Assembly: GCA_035285125.1 (NCBI GenBank)
Contig: JAYKHR010000145.1
Coordinates: 14,653-78,652, forward strand
Direction of reading: 5' to 3'
Length of the DNA: 64,000 nt
Source of the DNA: Candidatus Sericytochromatia bacterium
GTDB lineage: Bacteria > Cyanobacteriota > Sericytochromatia > S15B-MN24 > JAQBPE01
This document shows positions 1-8,494 of this stretch, piece by piece. The notes beneath the pieces were generated by a model. The model worked only from the letters and a program-made list of their open reading frames with translations. It did not search any database and was not told where the DNA came from. Position numbers and translations under genes: made by a program. Positions within the stretch are counted from its first letter, which is position 1. Each line of letters opens with the position of its first letter.

Positions 1-479
1 ACTGGAAGTTCCTGGCCCGGGTCCCCGGCGTGACGCTGAGCTGGGAGTCGAGGCTCAGCCTGGTCCCCGGCAGGATGAGCTTCACGGGCTCGGGCAAGAT
101 GATCGTCGAGGTCGAGCAGGGCGAGGAGCAGTTCGACTACGCCGTCACGCTGCGCGAGGCCACCCGCACCGCCAGCGCCTCGATGACCAACGTGGGGGCC
201 AAGATGAAGCTGCGGGTCACCACCGACGGCAGCGCCCCCCCGCGCACCCAGGTGCTCTCCATCGACGGCGGGCGGGAGATCGAGGTCGGCACGGTGGGGA
301 TGAAGCCGGGCAGCGGCAACGTCGCGCTGGTGCGCTTCAACGACGGCAAGACGATGGAGTGGGAGCTTTACCCGCAGGACCTGTTCGGCCAGCTAGGCAG
401 CTCGCCCGCAGCCTTCCAGCCCCCCGCCCCGCGCGCCGCCGTCCCCGCGATCAGGCGTTCGCCTGTGCCCGCCCGCTGA
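1..479 (+). CDS. hypothetical beta-rich protein, probably 5'-truncated by the window edge
   Basis: Frame is open from position 3 to TGA at 477-479; GC3-biased codons; followed by a hairpin. Confidence 0.6.
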   Translation, partial: WKFLARVPGVTLSWESRLSLVPGRMSFTGSGKMIVEVEQGEEQFDYAVTLREATRTASASMTNVGAKMKLRVTTDGSAPPRTQVLSIDGGREIEVGTVGMKPGSGNVALVRFNDGKTMEWELYPQDLFGQLGSSPAAFQPPAPRAAVPAIRRSPVPAR

Positions 480-495
480 GCCAGGAACCAGGGAC

Positions 496-523
496 GCCGC
501 CGCCATGAGCCCCAGGCGGCGGC
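496..523. terminator. GC-rich hairpin between convergent genes
   Basis: GCCGCCGCC-N10-GGCGGCGGC, a perfect 9-bp stem with no U-tract. Confidence 0.45.
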
Positions 524-530
524 CCGGACG

Positions 531-1157
531 CTACCGCGTCTTCAACAGCCCGTCGGCCGCGAGCCGGCCAGCGACGGCCGTGGCCTGGGAGTCCGCGAGC
601 CACTGCGCGGGCCCCGACGAGGTCGTGTAGCCGACCCAGGCCACCTCGTTCTTGGCCACGTCCCGGAGGTGCACCTCCAGCCGCATCCAGGGGGTGTAGA
701 CGTCGTAGCCGCCAGACTCGGTGGTGGTGGTGCGCAGATCGACGTTGCGAGAGCCCTTGTTCCGGTCGAGGTTGCCGGTGGTGGTGGTCGTCGTGCTACG
801 CGGCACATGGGACCGGCTGGTGCCGGAGGCGGCCACGCGGAGCTCCAGCACGCCCTCGAGGCCCTCGGCCCGGATGAACTTCGCAATGGCGGCCTCGTCG
901 ACCTTGCGCATCGGGGGGAACTGCTCGTAGCACTTCAGCACCTTGCCGCGCGCGCCGTGCCGCTGCAGCTGGGTCGCAAAGGCGTCCTCGTACATCATCC
1001 GCTGCTCGGGGTCCGAGATGTCCATCGCCCGCACCAGGAGATGCTCGTAGCTCACCTGGGCAAAGGCGGGGTCACGCACAGCGCGGAGCGTGGTGGTCGC
1101 ACAGCCTGCGAGGGTGCTGGCGAGGAGGGACGCGGCAAGCAGAACGTGGGTGCGCAT
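531..1157 (-). CDS. lipoprotein of unknown function
   Basis: MRTHVLLAASLLASTLAGC lipobox; GGAGG RBS; GGGTAAAAT -10-like element at 1186-1194. Confidence 0.8.
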   Translation of the reverse strand: MRTHVLLAASLLASTLAGCATTTLRAVRDPAFAQVSYEHLLVRAMDISDPEQRMMYEDAFATQLQRHGARGKVLKCYEQFPPMRKVDEAAIAKFIRAEGLEGVLELRVAASGTSRSHVPRSTTTTTTGNLDRNKGSRNVDLRTTTTESGGYDVYTPWMRLEVHLRDVAKNEVAWVGYTTSSGPAQWLADSQATAVAGRLAADGLLKTR

Positions 1158-1404
1158 GGAGGCCTCCGGGGGCACGGCTGTCACCATTTTACCCGCCAGA
1201 CACCTGATGGGAGAGGGGCGCTCGTCGGGTAGAAGGCGGTCTAGAACAATACCGATGCCGCCACGCCAGGGACGCCTCTCCCCCGTTGCAGCCGCCGACC
1301 TGCCCGGGCCGGCCTCCTGGGGGGGTGTTGCTCCGCGACCGCGCCTGGCAATAACCCGCCTGGGGCTGCGGGGCAGCCGTCGCGGGCCCGGCCCCTGCGA
1401 AGAC

Positions 1405-2658
1405 CTAGCGCCCCGCCAGGGCCGCAAGGCGCACCAAGAACGTGCCGTAGAAGTTCTCGCGCGGCCCGATGTGAAGGACGGTGGGCACGTTGTGCGAGAC
1501 GCCGTAGCCCAGCCTGTAGCTGGCGACGCGCGCCCGGTGCAGGGTGTCGAAGGGGTGGGAGGCCTCCGTGAAGGCCTTGGAGGTCAGGCGGGTGTAGGCC
1601 TGCGGCTGACGGAACACGGCCCCGAGCTTCGCCACCATCGCCTGCTGAAGGTCGGGGCGGGCCCGCGTGTCGAGCACCATGCGGCGGATCGCCGCCCGCT
1701 CCGAGGCGGCCAGGCTCTCCGGGAAGGGACCGGGGCCGGTGCCTGCCAGGAAGGCCGCCGCGAGCGCCGCGTCGTCAGGCGGGGTGACGGCATCGAGCTC
1801 GGCCTCCAGTGCAGCCACGTCCTCGGCGAGCTCGCGCACCTGCGCCTCGAGCTCGGCGTTGCGCTCGGTGAGCTCGTCTGCGCGCCGCTTGAGCTCGGCC
1901 TTTTTGCCGCCGTCAGGCGGGCCACCCGCAGGCTCCCGCGGGGCCTCCAGCGCGGCGCGCAGGCGGGCGACCTCCTCGCGCAAGGCGCGGCTCTCCTCCC
2001 GCAGCAGCAGCAACTCGTCGTCCTCGCGCAGGTGCGCGGGTGGGGAGACCTCGGCGATGCGGGGCAGCCAGCGCTCGGCCCGCAGCCGGGCCTCCTCGAC
2101 GACCTCCGGCGGCCAGCCCGGCAGGCTCTCCACCAGGGCCGCAAAGGCCTCGCGGAGGGCATGCCAGGTGTACTGCTTGCCCTCGACGAGGTGCGTGGCG
2201 ACGGCGTGGTCGAAGGCCTCCCAGGCCCCCCCGGCCGGCTTGGCCCCGAGGGCCTGCCGGAGGTGCCACGCCAGGCGCTTGTCGAGCGGCTGCGCTCGGT
2301 AGCGCTGGCGGCCGGCCCGCACCACGTCGCCCGCCGTCACGAGGTGCTCGAGCAGGGCCTCGAAGCCCACGGCGTGCGCCTCGGCTCCGAGCCCGCGGGC
2401 CACCTGCCGGGCCGTGACCCCCTCCGCGCCACCGGTCGCCCGCATCATGTCGAAGTACAGCGTCACGTAGACCCCCTCGCGATCGAGCGGCCCGACGCGG
2501 GAGGGGCTGAACGGGTGCGGCAGCCGCAACTCGCCCTCGAGCGCCGCGCCCACGGGGCTCCCCTTCGGCACCAGGCGCGAGAGCACGCCCGACGGGCCGG
2601 CGGCAGGCTCCGCGGCCGGCAGGGCAAAGGGGGCTGGGGGTCGGTTCGGATCAGTCAT
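1405..2658 (-). CDS. winged-helix/coiled-coil protein with C-terminal RelE/ParE-like toxin domain
   Basis: C-terminus LHRARVASYRLGY...VLHIGPRENFY resembles the RelE pattern YRLRVGDYRIIY...VLxVGHRxxIY; heptad region KAELKRRADELTERNAELEAQVRELAEDV; wHTH-like N-terminal part. Confidence 0.7.
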   Translation of the reverse strand: MTDPNRPPAPFALPAAEPAAGPSGVLSRLVPKGSPVGAALEGELRLPHPFSPSRVGPLDREGVYVTLYFDMMRATGGAEGVTARQVARGLGAEAHAVGFEALLEHLVTAGDVVRAGRQRYRAQPLDKRLAWHLRQALGAKPAGGAWEAFDHAVATHLVEGKQYTWHALREAFAALVESLPGWPPEVVEEARLRAERWLPRIAEVSPPAHLREDDELLLLREESRALREEVARLRAALEAPREPAGGPPDGGKKAELKRRADELTERNAELEAQVRELAEDVAALEAELDAVTPPDDAALAAAFLAGTGPGPFPESLAASERAAIRRMVLDTRARPDLQQAMVAKLGAVFRQPQAYTRLTSKAFTEASHPFDTLHRARVASYRLGYGVSHNVPTVLHIGPRENFYGTFLVRLAALAGR

Positions 2659-2673
2659 GGCAGGCCTCGCTTC

Positions 2674-2702
2674 ATCTTTCCCGCTCGGGCACCTTTCTTC
2701 AA
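2674..2702 (-). promoter_or_regulatory. sigma70-like promoter for the RelE-fusion gene
   Basis: Minus strand TTGAAG-N17-AAAGAT, 15 nt upstream of ATG 2658. Confidence 0.45.
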
Positions 2703-2754
2703 GCGCCGGCCGTGGTGTCTTGGGGCTTCCACACCGGGGGCCGCGCGGCAGCCC

Positions 2755-4038
2755 TCAGGGCCCGGCGTCCGTCGAAGCCTGGCCCGCGGTGGCCTCCAGC
2801 GCCGCCCGGTGGGCCTCGTAGACCTGCCTGGCAACCTCCGCCACCTCGGCGGCCAGGGCTGCGGGCCGCACCACGCGCACGTCGGCACCCCAGGACGCCA
2901 GCCACTTCCGGAAGTGGACCCCCACCAGCGTCCGCACGCGGTAGCGCACCACGAGCCCGCCGGCGTCGTGCTCGGCCGTCAGCACGGCCGCCCGGCAGCC
3001 AGGGTCCCCCCGGACGGCGCTCGCCGCGGCCCCCCGGAACAGCAGCTCCACGTCCGTGGCCAGGTCCGGCAGCGCCCGGGTGTCGTCCTCGGGCAGGTCC
3101 TGCAGGCGGGGATCCTCCAGGTCCGCCCCCCAGACGCTGTCGAGCATCTCCAGCTCGTCCGGCGAGGGCCCTGCGCCCGCCCACTCGACGCGGTCCATCT
3201 CCAGCGCCTCGAGGTCGGCGAGGTGGTGCAGCGGCAGGGCCCGCCAGCGCCGGACGCCGAGGTGGTGCCAGTAGACCTCCAGCCGGGGCCGGCCGTTGTA
3301 CCAGACGATGCGGTGCGGGCAGAGGCGCTGGGCCTCGGGGGCCTTGCGGCGGTTCAGGCGGATGCGGATGCGCAGCCCCTGGTCGAGGGCCCGCACGAGG
3401 GCCTCCCAGACGTGGGCCCTCACGCCGCTGCGCCCGTGCTCGCCGAGCGCCGGGGGCAAGGGGCGGTAGCGGATCCGGGGCTCGCGGGCAGGGCGCCCGA
3501 AGCGGGCCTCGGCGGCCTCCGTCACGCGGTCCAGCAGGCGCCGCCCGACACCGCCCGCTCCCGTGGCGGCCCGCAGCTCCGCGAGGGCGAAGGCGAGCTC
3601 CGCACGGCCGCGCGGGGGCAGCTCGCCGGCCGGGCGCTGGGCGCGCGCCCAGCGAGAGACCTGGGGCCCGAGCGGGTCGAGCGTCGGCCCCCCGGGGCTC
3701 ATGACCAGGAAGTCCGGCTCCAGCACGGGCCGGTAGCAGACCTGGTTGCGCATGCGCTGGTCCTGGCCCTCGTCGTACCGCTCGATGGTCCCATCGGGGT
3801 GCAGGTGAACCGCCTCGATCAGGCCCGAGTCCATCAGCGCGCGCAGGTCGCGGCTAAGGTGGTTGTTGAAGGCCGTGCGCTCGGCGGGCGTGAGCGTCTC
3901 CCAGCGGTAGGCCAGCTCGGCGAGGGCGCGCTCCCGCAAGGTCGCGCGGGCGATCACGCCGGCCTCCAGCGTCCACAGCAGCAACAGGCACCTGATGCGA
4001 TCGCGCGAGGTCTTGGCCCGCTTGGACTGGTCTATCAT
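2755..4038 (-). CDS. wHTH-WYL-WCX transcriptional regulator
   Basis: HLSRDLRALMDSGLIE helix-turn-helix; WYL-like RLCPHRIVWYNGRPRL..WRALPLHHLADL; WCX-like FRKWLASWGADVRVVRPAALAAEV; AGGAG RBS before ATG 4038. Confidence 0.85.
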   Translation of the reverse strand: MIDQSKRAKTSRDRIRCLLLLWTLEAGVIARATLRERALAELAYRWETLTPAERTAFNNHLSRDLRALMDSGLIEAVHLHPDGTIERYDEGQDQRMRNQVCYRPVLEPDFLVMSPGGPTLDPLGPQVSRWARAQRPAGELPPRGRAELAFALAELRAATGAGGVGRRLLDRVTEAAEARFGRPAREPRIRYRPLPPALGEHGRSGVRAHVWEALVRALDQGLRIRIRLNRRKAPEAQRLCPHRIVWYNGRPRLEVYWHHLGVRRWRALPLHHLADLEALEMDRVEWAGAGPSPDELEMLDSVWGADLEDPRLQDLPEDDTRALPDLATDVELLFRGAAASAVRGDPGCRAAVLTAEHDAGGLVVRYRVRTLVGVHFRKWLASWGADVRVVRPAALAAEVAEVARQVYEAHRAALEATAGQASTDAGP

Positions 4039-4162
4039 CAGGCGCTCCTGGCCGGGGATGAGGCCTCCCCACGCCTCATTCTTCCCGGGGAAGCCGGGTG
4101 GCCTCACGCTCAAAGGCCGACTTGCCCCCCGGCTGGCAGGAGGCCACCCCACCCGGGCGGCC

Positions 4163-4190
4163 TTGAAGCCCCCCGCCACGCGGGTATGGT
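4163..4190 (+). promoter_or_regulatory. sigma70-like promoter
   Basis: TTGAAG-N16-TATGGT upstream of an AGGAGG RBS and ATG 4213. Confidence 0.5.
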
Positions 4191-4212
4191 GGGGGGACAG
4201 GAGGTGCCGCCG

Positions 4213-4614
4213 ATGAACCCCAACCTGAGCCCCGAGGCCATCCAGCTCGCGCAAGAAGCCCAGCGCAGGGCGCAGCAGGCGCCCCCTCCCGGGCCTGAGG
4301 CCGAAGGAGGCCTCGAGGTGAGTGAGGAGCTGGTGGAGGCCGCGCTCGAGGTCGTCGACGTCGAAGACGTGGCCGAGGTCCTCTCGGAGGGCTTCGAGCT
4401 GCCTGGCACCGAGGCCCTGGCAGAGCTGGCGAGCAGCTCGCTGGAGGCCGTCACGGCGGGCGTGGGGGAGCTCGCAGAGGGCGCCGGCGCCCTGGTCGGC
4501 GGCCTTGTCGAGGGCCTCGGAGACGCGCTGCCCGGGGTGCTGGAGGGCGCGGGGGAGCTCGCCGCGGGGGCGTTCGAGGTGGCGCTGGGGGGGCTCGGCG
4601 AGCTGTTCAGCTGA
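4213..4614 (+). CDS. small, very acidic Gly/Glu/Leu/Ala-rich protein (133 aa)
   Basis: AGGAGG RBS, promoter, quasi-repeated GELAEGAG-type helices; this is the real 3' part of the long 1090..4614 ORF. Confidence 0.7.
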   Translation: MNPNLSPEAIQLAQEAQRRAQQAPPPGPEAEGGLEVSEELVEAALEVVDVEDVAEVLSEGFELPGTEALAELASSSLEAVTAGVGELAEGAGALVGGLVEGLGDALPGVLEGAGELAAGAFEVALGGLGELFS

Positions 4615-4629
4615 GGCCCGCGCCGCCCC

Positions 4630-4655
4630 GAGCCGGGGCGTTTCAAACCCGGCTC
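4630..4655 (+). terminator. hairpin after the acidic-protein gene
   Basis: GAGCCGGG-N10-CCCGGCTC. Confidence 0.35.
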
Positions 4656-4700
4656 ACCCGCGTAAAGTACCAGTCGAGACCCATTGCTAGCAGGTGCCCC

Positions 4701-5138
4701 GTGAAGACCCACGCCCTACTTACCGCCGCGTTCCTCCTGTGCGCCCCCGGGCCGGCCCTCGCCGCGCCGGAGGTACTGGAGACCATCACCGCTCCCGCGC
4801 TCTTCAAGCTCATGAAGGCCGAGGGCTACGCCGTCTCGGTGGACAAGGACGGCGACGTGGTCTGGAAGCTGGAGGGCTACAGCACGTTCATGTTCGTCGA
4901 CAAGGACGGCGACTCCCTCACCTTCCGCGTCTCGTTCAAGAACGAGGGCACCACGCTCGCCAAGGTCAACGACTGGAACCGCGCCAAGCGGTTCTCGCAG
5001 TCCTTCCTCGACGAGGACGGAGACCCCTGCCTGCAGAGCGACCTGGAGCTCAACGGCGGGATCACGCGCGCCCGCCTGACGGACTACTTCAAGACGTGCC
5101 AGGCCCTGCTGAGGGCCTGGACCAAAGAGGTGCTCTGA
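4701..5138 (+). CDS. secreted YbjN-like domain protein
   Basis: Signal peptide; VNDWNRAKRFSQSFLDEDGDPCLQSDLELNGGIT is typical of YbjN-like proteins. Confidence 0.75.
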   Translation: MKTHALLTAAFLLCAPGPALAAPEVLETITAPALFKLMKAEGYAVSVDKDGDVVWKLEGYSTFMFVDKDGDSLTFRVSFKNEGTTLAKVNDWNRAKRFSQSFLDEDGDPCLQSDLELNGGITRARLTDYFKTCQALLRAWTKEVL

Positions 5139-5157
5139 CGCCCGCAGGGGCCAGGCC

Positions 5158-5568
5158 TCAGCCCGGCGCGGCCCGGCGCCGCCTGCGCGGCTTGCCCAGC
5201 GTCCCGTCGAGCGCGCGCAGCGCCACCTCCGCGACGAGGTCGGGGCAGCCCGCCGCGGCGGACTCGGGCGCCAACCAGCCGAACAGCAGCACCCACCGGG
5301 GCACGTCGACCTTGAGGTCCTCCAGGTCCCTGGCGAGGATCAGCAAGCCGGCGTTGTCCCGCCAGTCCAGAGACTTCCCGCCGAGGGCCGGGGCCCCCTC
5401 GACGTGGCGCTTGGCGGCCCCGACAAAGAGATCCATGATCGCGGCGCGCTCCAGCCGCGTGAACATGGCGGTGGGCTCGGCCATGAGGCGCTCGAGCACC
5501 TGCAGGCGCAGGGCCGCGAAGTTGACGGTCCAGCAGGCGGAGGGATGGGGCTGGTGGAAGAACGTCAT
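5158..5568 (-). CDS. hypothetical protein (136 aa), possible partner of the upstream DUF4258-like protein
   Basis: AGGAGG RBS before ATG 5568; same strand, 40 bp downstream of the DUF4258-like gene. Confidence 0.6.
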   Translation of the reverse strand: MTFFHQPHPSACWTVNFAALRLQVLERLMAEPTAMFTRLERAAIMDLFVGAAKRHVEGAPALGGKSLDWRDNAGLLILARDLEDLKVDVPRWVLLFGWLAPESAAAGCPDLVAEVALRALDGTLGKPRRRRRAAPG

Positions 5569-5608
5569 GGGGGGCCTCCTTCGGGCACGGGGGGGCATTC
5601 GCGAGGGC

Positions 5609-5926
5609 TCAGGCGCGAGGCCTGGCACGGCGTCCGGGCCGCCCACGCCAGGCCTCTGCGGGCAGACGTTTGATGGCGCGGACCGCCAGCGGGTTGCGGT
5701 AAACGGTGATGATGCAGCCGCTCTCCACGGCCTGCAGCACGGTGATGCCGACCAGGTGCTCGTGGGACCGCTCGCAGCCGCGTGGCAGGTCCCGCCGGCC
5801 CAGGAACACGAAGCGAATCCCCGTCCGGTAGCTCACGCGACCGTGGCGCAGCGCGAAGGCGACGTCCGAGGGGCTGATGTTGCGGTGCGAGAGGCGCTGA
5901 CGGGCATGGTGGGTGAACGGGGTCAT
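5609..5926 (-). CDS. DUF4258-like small basic protein (predicted RNase-toxin fold)
   Basis: FTHHARQRLSHRNIS..VAFALRHG...GCIITVYRN motif; AAAGGAG RBS. Confidence 0.75.
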   Translation of the reverse strand: MTPFTHHARQRLSHRNISPSDVAFALRHGRVSYRTGIRFVFLGRRDLPRGCERSHEHLVGITVLQAVESGCIITVYRNPLAVRAIKRLPAEAWRGRPGRRARPRA

Positions 5927-6135
5927 GGCTGCGCTCCTTTTGTGTCGCTTTGCGATATCAAAAACCACCCGGCGTGGCCGGCTGCATCGCGGGGTCACCC
6001 AGCCATCTTGCAACCAAACCAACATCAAAATCCGATACAATCAAATCAACCCCCTCGGTTGGGCCAAGTCTTTTGCCCCACCTGTCGGCTCGCCACCCCG
6101 GCCACCGTTAGGCCGGGTGGCCCGGCGGGAACAAC

Positions 6136-8481
6136 TTGGCAAAGGAGACCCCCTTGGCGAGACGCAAGGCCCCGAGCGCGAACAACTGGCACTACCACCT
6201 CCGGCAGGTGATGGCCGCCGCCTACGAGGGCAGCCTGGACGAGGACGGGTTCGACCGCCTGGCTGAAGCCGCCGCCGAGTGTCCGGACGCCCCGACCACC
6301 TCCGTGCTGCTGGCCGAACTCGACGCCGCCCGGGCCGCCGGAGACCAGGCCCGCCTGGACGTGGCGGCCCTCGTGGCGATGGCAGGCCGGGTCCGCCCGG
6401 ATGCCCCGGCTGTCAGGGAGCGGGCCATGCAGCTGCTCGGGCGGCCCGACGGGCTGCCCGCCTTCCGCCGGGCGGTGGCGGCAGCCACCGGCAGCACCCT
6501 GCAGGCCCTGCTCGGCGACGGGGCAACGCCCCTCGAGCCGGCCCCTCCGTCAGCGCGCTCGCGCGGGCGTCGCGCGCCGGCGGTGGCAGCCCCCCCCACC
6601 TCCGCCACGGCCCGGGTACCACAGGCCTTCCCCGAGCCCTCCAGGCTGGGCATCACCGGGCTGGCTCCCGTGCCGGGCTGGCAGCTCCTGATCGACGAGT
6701 CGGGCAAGTTCAGTGGCCGCGACAACAGCCTGGTGGTGGCCCTGCTGGTGCCGCTGGACTCGGAGCTGCCGCCCTTGCCCAGGGCCTGGCACGCCAAGGA
6801 CAAGCGTCCGCGAGCGCTGCGCGAGGCCTTCGCCACCCTCGCGCAGCATCGCGTGGGCGTGCTCGGCTTCACGCTGGACGCGCTGGCCCCGCTGCCGGAG
6901 CGTCGCTGGGAGGCCGCCGTGGCCGCCCTGGGGCAGTGGGCGCTCCGGCTGCTGCCGGTGGCAGGCAAGACGCGGTTGGCGATGGTGATCGAGCAGCGCA
7001 GCGAGCACGCCTCCGGGGACACCTGGGGCCCGCTGGCCGCCGAGTGGGCCCGGCAGACCGCCCAGGACGACCCCACCCGCGCCGCCCTCCTGACGCTCGA
7101 GCGGCCGCGCGTGATCGCCAAGGACGAGAACGGCCGCAACGGCTACGTCGACCTGGTGGCCTACCTGTGGAACACCGGGCGCCTGACCGAGCTTGGGGCC
7201 GACGCCCTGCGCGAGACGTGGCTGCTGGAGACCCCCATCCGCGACTGGGATCGCCTCTGGACGGCCTGTCGGCCGGGGGGCAGCCTGCCCTCCGAGGCGC
7301 TGCGCGCCTTCCTGGCCGACCCGCGCGCCTGGGTGGGGGAGGGCCTCGGCGCCGCCCTGTACGCCCGACTCGTGGAGCACCTGGGGCGTGAGGGCAACGT
7401 CTGGGGCGAGGTGCTGCGGGAGGCCTGGGGCCAGGCAGAGAGTGCCGCGGTGGACCTCCAGCGGCTGCGCCGCGCGCTGAGGCTGCTGCAGGCTGGCCGA
7501 CCGGGCCCCGAGCACCGGCAAGACCTCGGCCCGGCCGAGTTCCTGATGTTTGGCATCTTGCAGCTGCAGCACGGCAACCACGCCGGCTTCGTCACGCAAG
7601 AGGGCCCCGACGCCCTCGCGCGGCTTTGCGATCGCTACGCGGAGGACGAGCCCGAGCTCGTCTGCCAGGCGGACCTTGTCCGGGCCGTGCGCTGCACAAA
7701 CGCCTTCGACTTCGAGGGCGCGTCGCGCTCGCTGGGGCGGTGGCAGCCCCTCGGCGACAAGCCCGGGCCCAGGCGGCAGCTGGCGGGGCGTCTGGCCAGC
7801 GCCTCGGGTCAGCACGCCGCCTTCCGGGGCGACTTCCAGGCCGCCGAGCGGCTGTTCACCCAGGCGATCGCCACCTTCGCCGCGATGGGCGACACCCGCC
7901 GCGGCGCGGTCGAGCAGGCCCGCACCCGGATCTACCGCGCCCTCGCGGCGTTGGACGCCCCTGGCGCTGGCTGGGAAGAGCGCGAGGCCCGCGTGGCCGA
8001 GGCCCTGCAGGCCCCGGTGGACCGCGCCCTGGTGACCTCCCTGGCAGCCCAGGGCGATGGGGCCCTGCGGTACCGCCACCACCTGCTGCTGCGCCACCTG
8101 GTGGCGCGCCAGGACGCCGGGCTGCGCGAGGCGTACCTGGCGGCCGAGCCGACGTGGGCCACGGGCCACGGGCGCCCCTGGCCCCAGATCGCGCTGCTGC
8201 GGGCCGTCCTGTGGCTGCAGGCGGGACGGCGCGAGCGGGCCACCACGGCCTGGGAGGCCGCCCTCGACCTCGCCCGCGCGCCCGGGCAGGGGCCCACGCT
8301 GGCCTTCGTGGCGCTGGCGATGGCCCGCGCCGCGCAGCTGGCCGGCCTGCCCGTCGAGACGCCTGCGCTGGACCAGGACGGCCTCCGGGCCCAGCTCCCC
8401 CTGGCCCCCTGGGAGGCGCTGGCGGGCGAGCGGGACTGGCTGCGGCTGCTGGCCCGCTGCGCCCCGTTCAACTTCCGCTGA
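6136..8481 (+). CDS. large protein with DUF3800/RNase H-like domain and C-terminal TPR-like helical repeats
   Basis: WQLLIDESGKF, VIEQRS and GYVDLVAYLW acidic motifs; Ala/Leu-rich helical repeats; TTG start uncertain. Confidence 0.65.
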   Translation: MAKETPLARRKAPSANNWHYHLRQVMAAAYEGSLDEDGFDRLAEAAAECPDAPTTSVLLAELDAARAAGDQARLDVAALVAMAGRVRPDAPAVRERAMQLLGRPDGLPAFRRAVAAATGSTLQALLGDGATPLEPAPPSARSRGRRAPAVAAPPTSATARVPQAFPEPSRLGITGLAPVPGWQLLIDESGKFSGRDNSLVVALLVPLDSELPPLPRAWHAKDKRPRALREAFATLAQHRVGVLGFTLDALAPLPERRWEAAVAALGQWALRLLPVAGKTRLAMVIEQRSEHASGDTWGPLAAEWARQTAQDDPTRAALLTLERPRVIAKDENGRNGYVDLVAYLWNTGRLTELGADALRETWLLETPIRDWDRLWTACRPGGSLPSEALRAFLADPRAWVGEGLGAALYARLVEHLGREGNVWGEVLREAWGQAESAAVDLQRLRRALRLLQAGRPGPEHRQDLGPAEFLMFGILQLQHGNHAGFVTQEGPDALARLCDRYAEDEPELVCQADLVRAVRCTNAFDFEGASRSLGRWQPLGDKPGPRRQLAGRLASASGQHAAFRGDFQAAERLFTQAIATFAAMGDTRRGAVEQARTRIYRALAALDAPGAGWEEREARVAEALQAPVDRALVTSLAAQGDGALRYRHHLLLRHLVARQDAGLREAYLAAEPTWATGHGRPWPQIALLRAVLWLQAGRRERATTAWEAALDLARAPGQGPTLAFVALAMARAAQLAGLPVETPALDQDGLRAQLPLAPWEALAGERDWLRLLARCAPFNFR

Positions 8482-8494
8482 GGCAAGCAAGGCC

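Noticed and set aside
1090-4212. 5' part of the 1174-aa + strand ORF
   Set aside because: Antisense shadow of the RelE-fusion and WYL genes; only 4213-4614 has an RBS, promoter and plausible composition
4630-4655. tRNA-Sec (TTCAAA loop)
   Set aside because: Only a single hairpin; no D, T or acceptor arms
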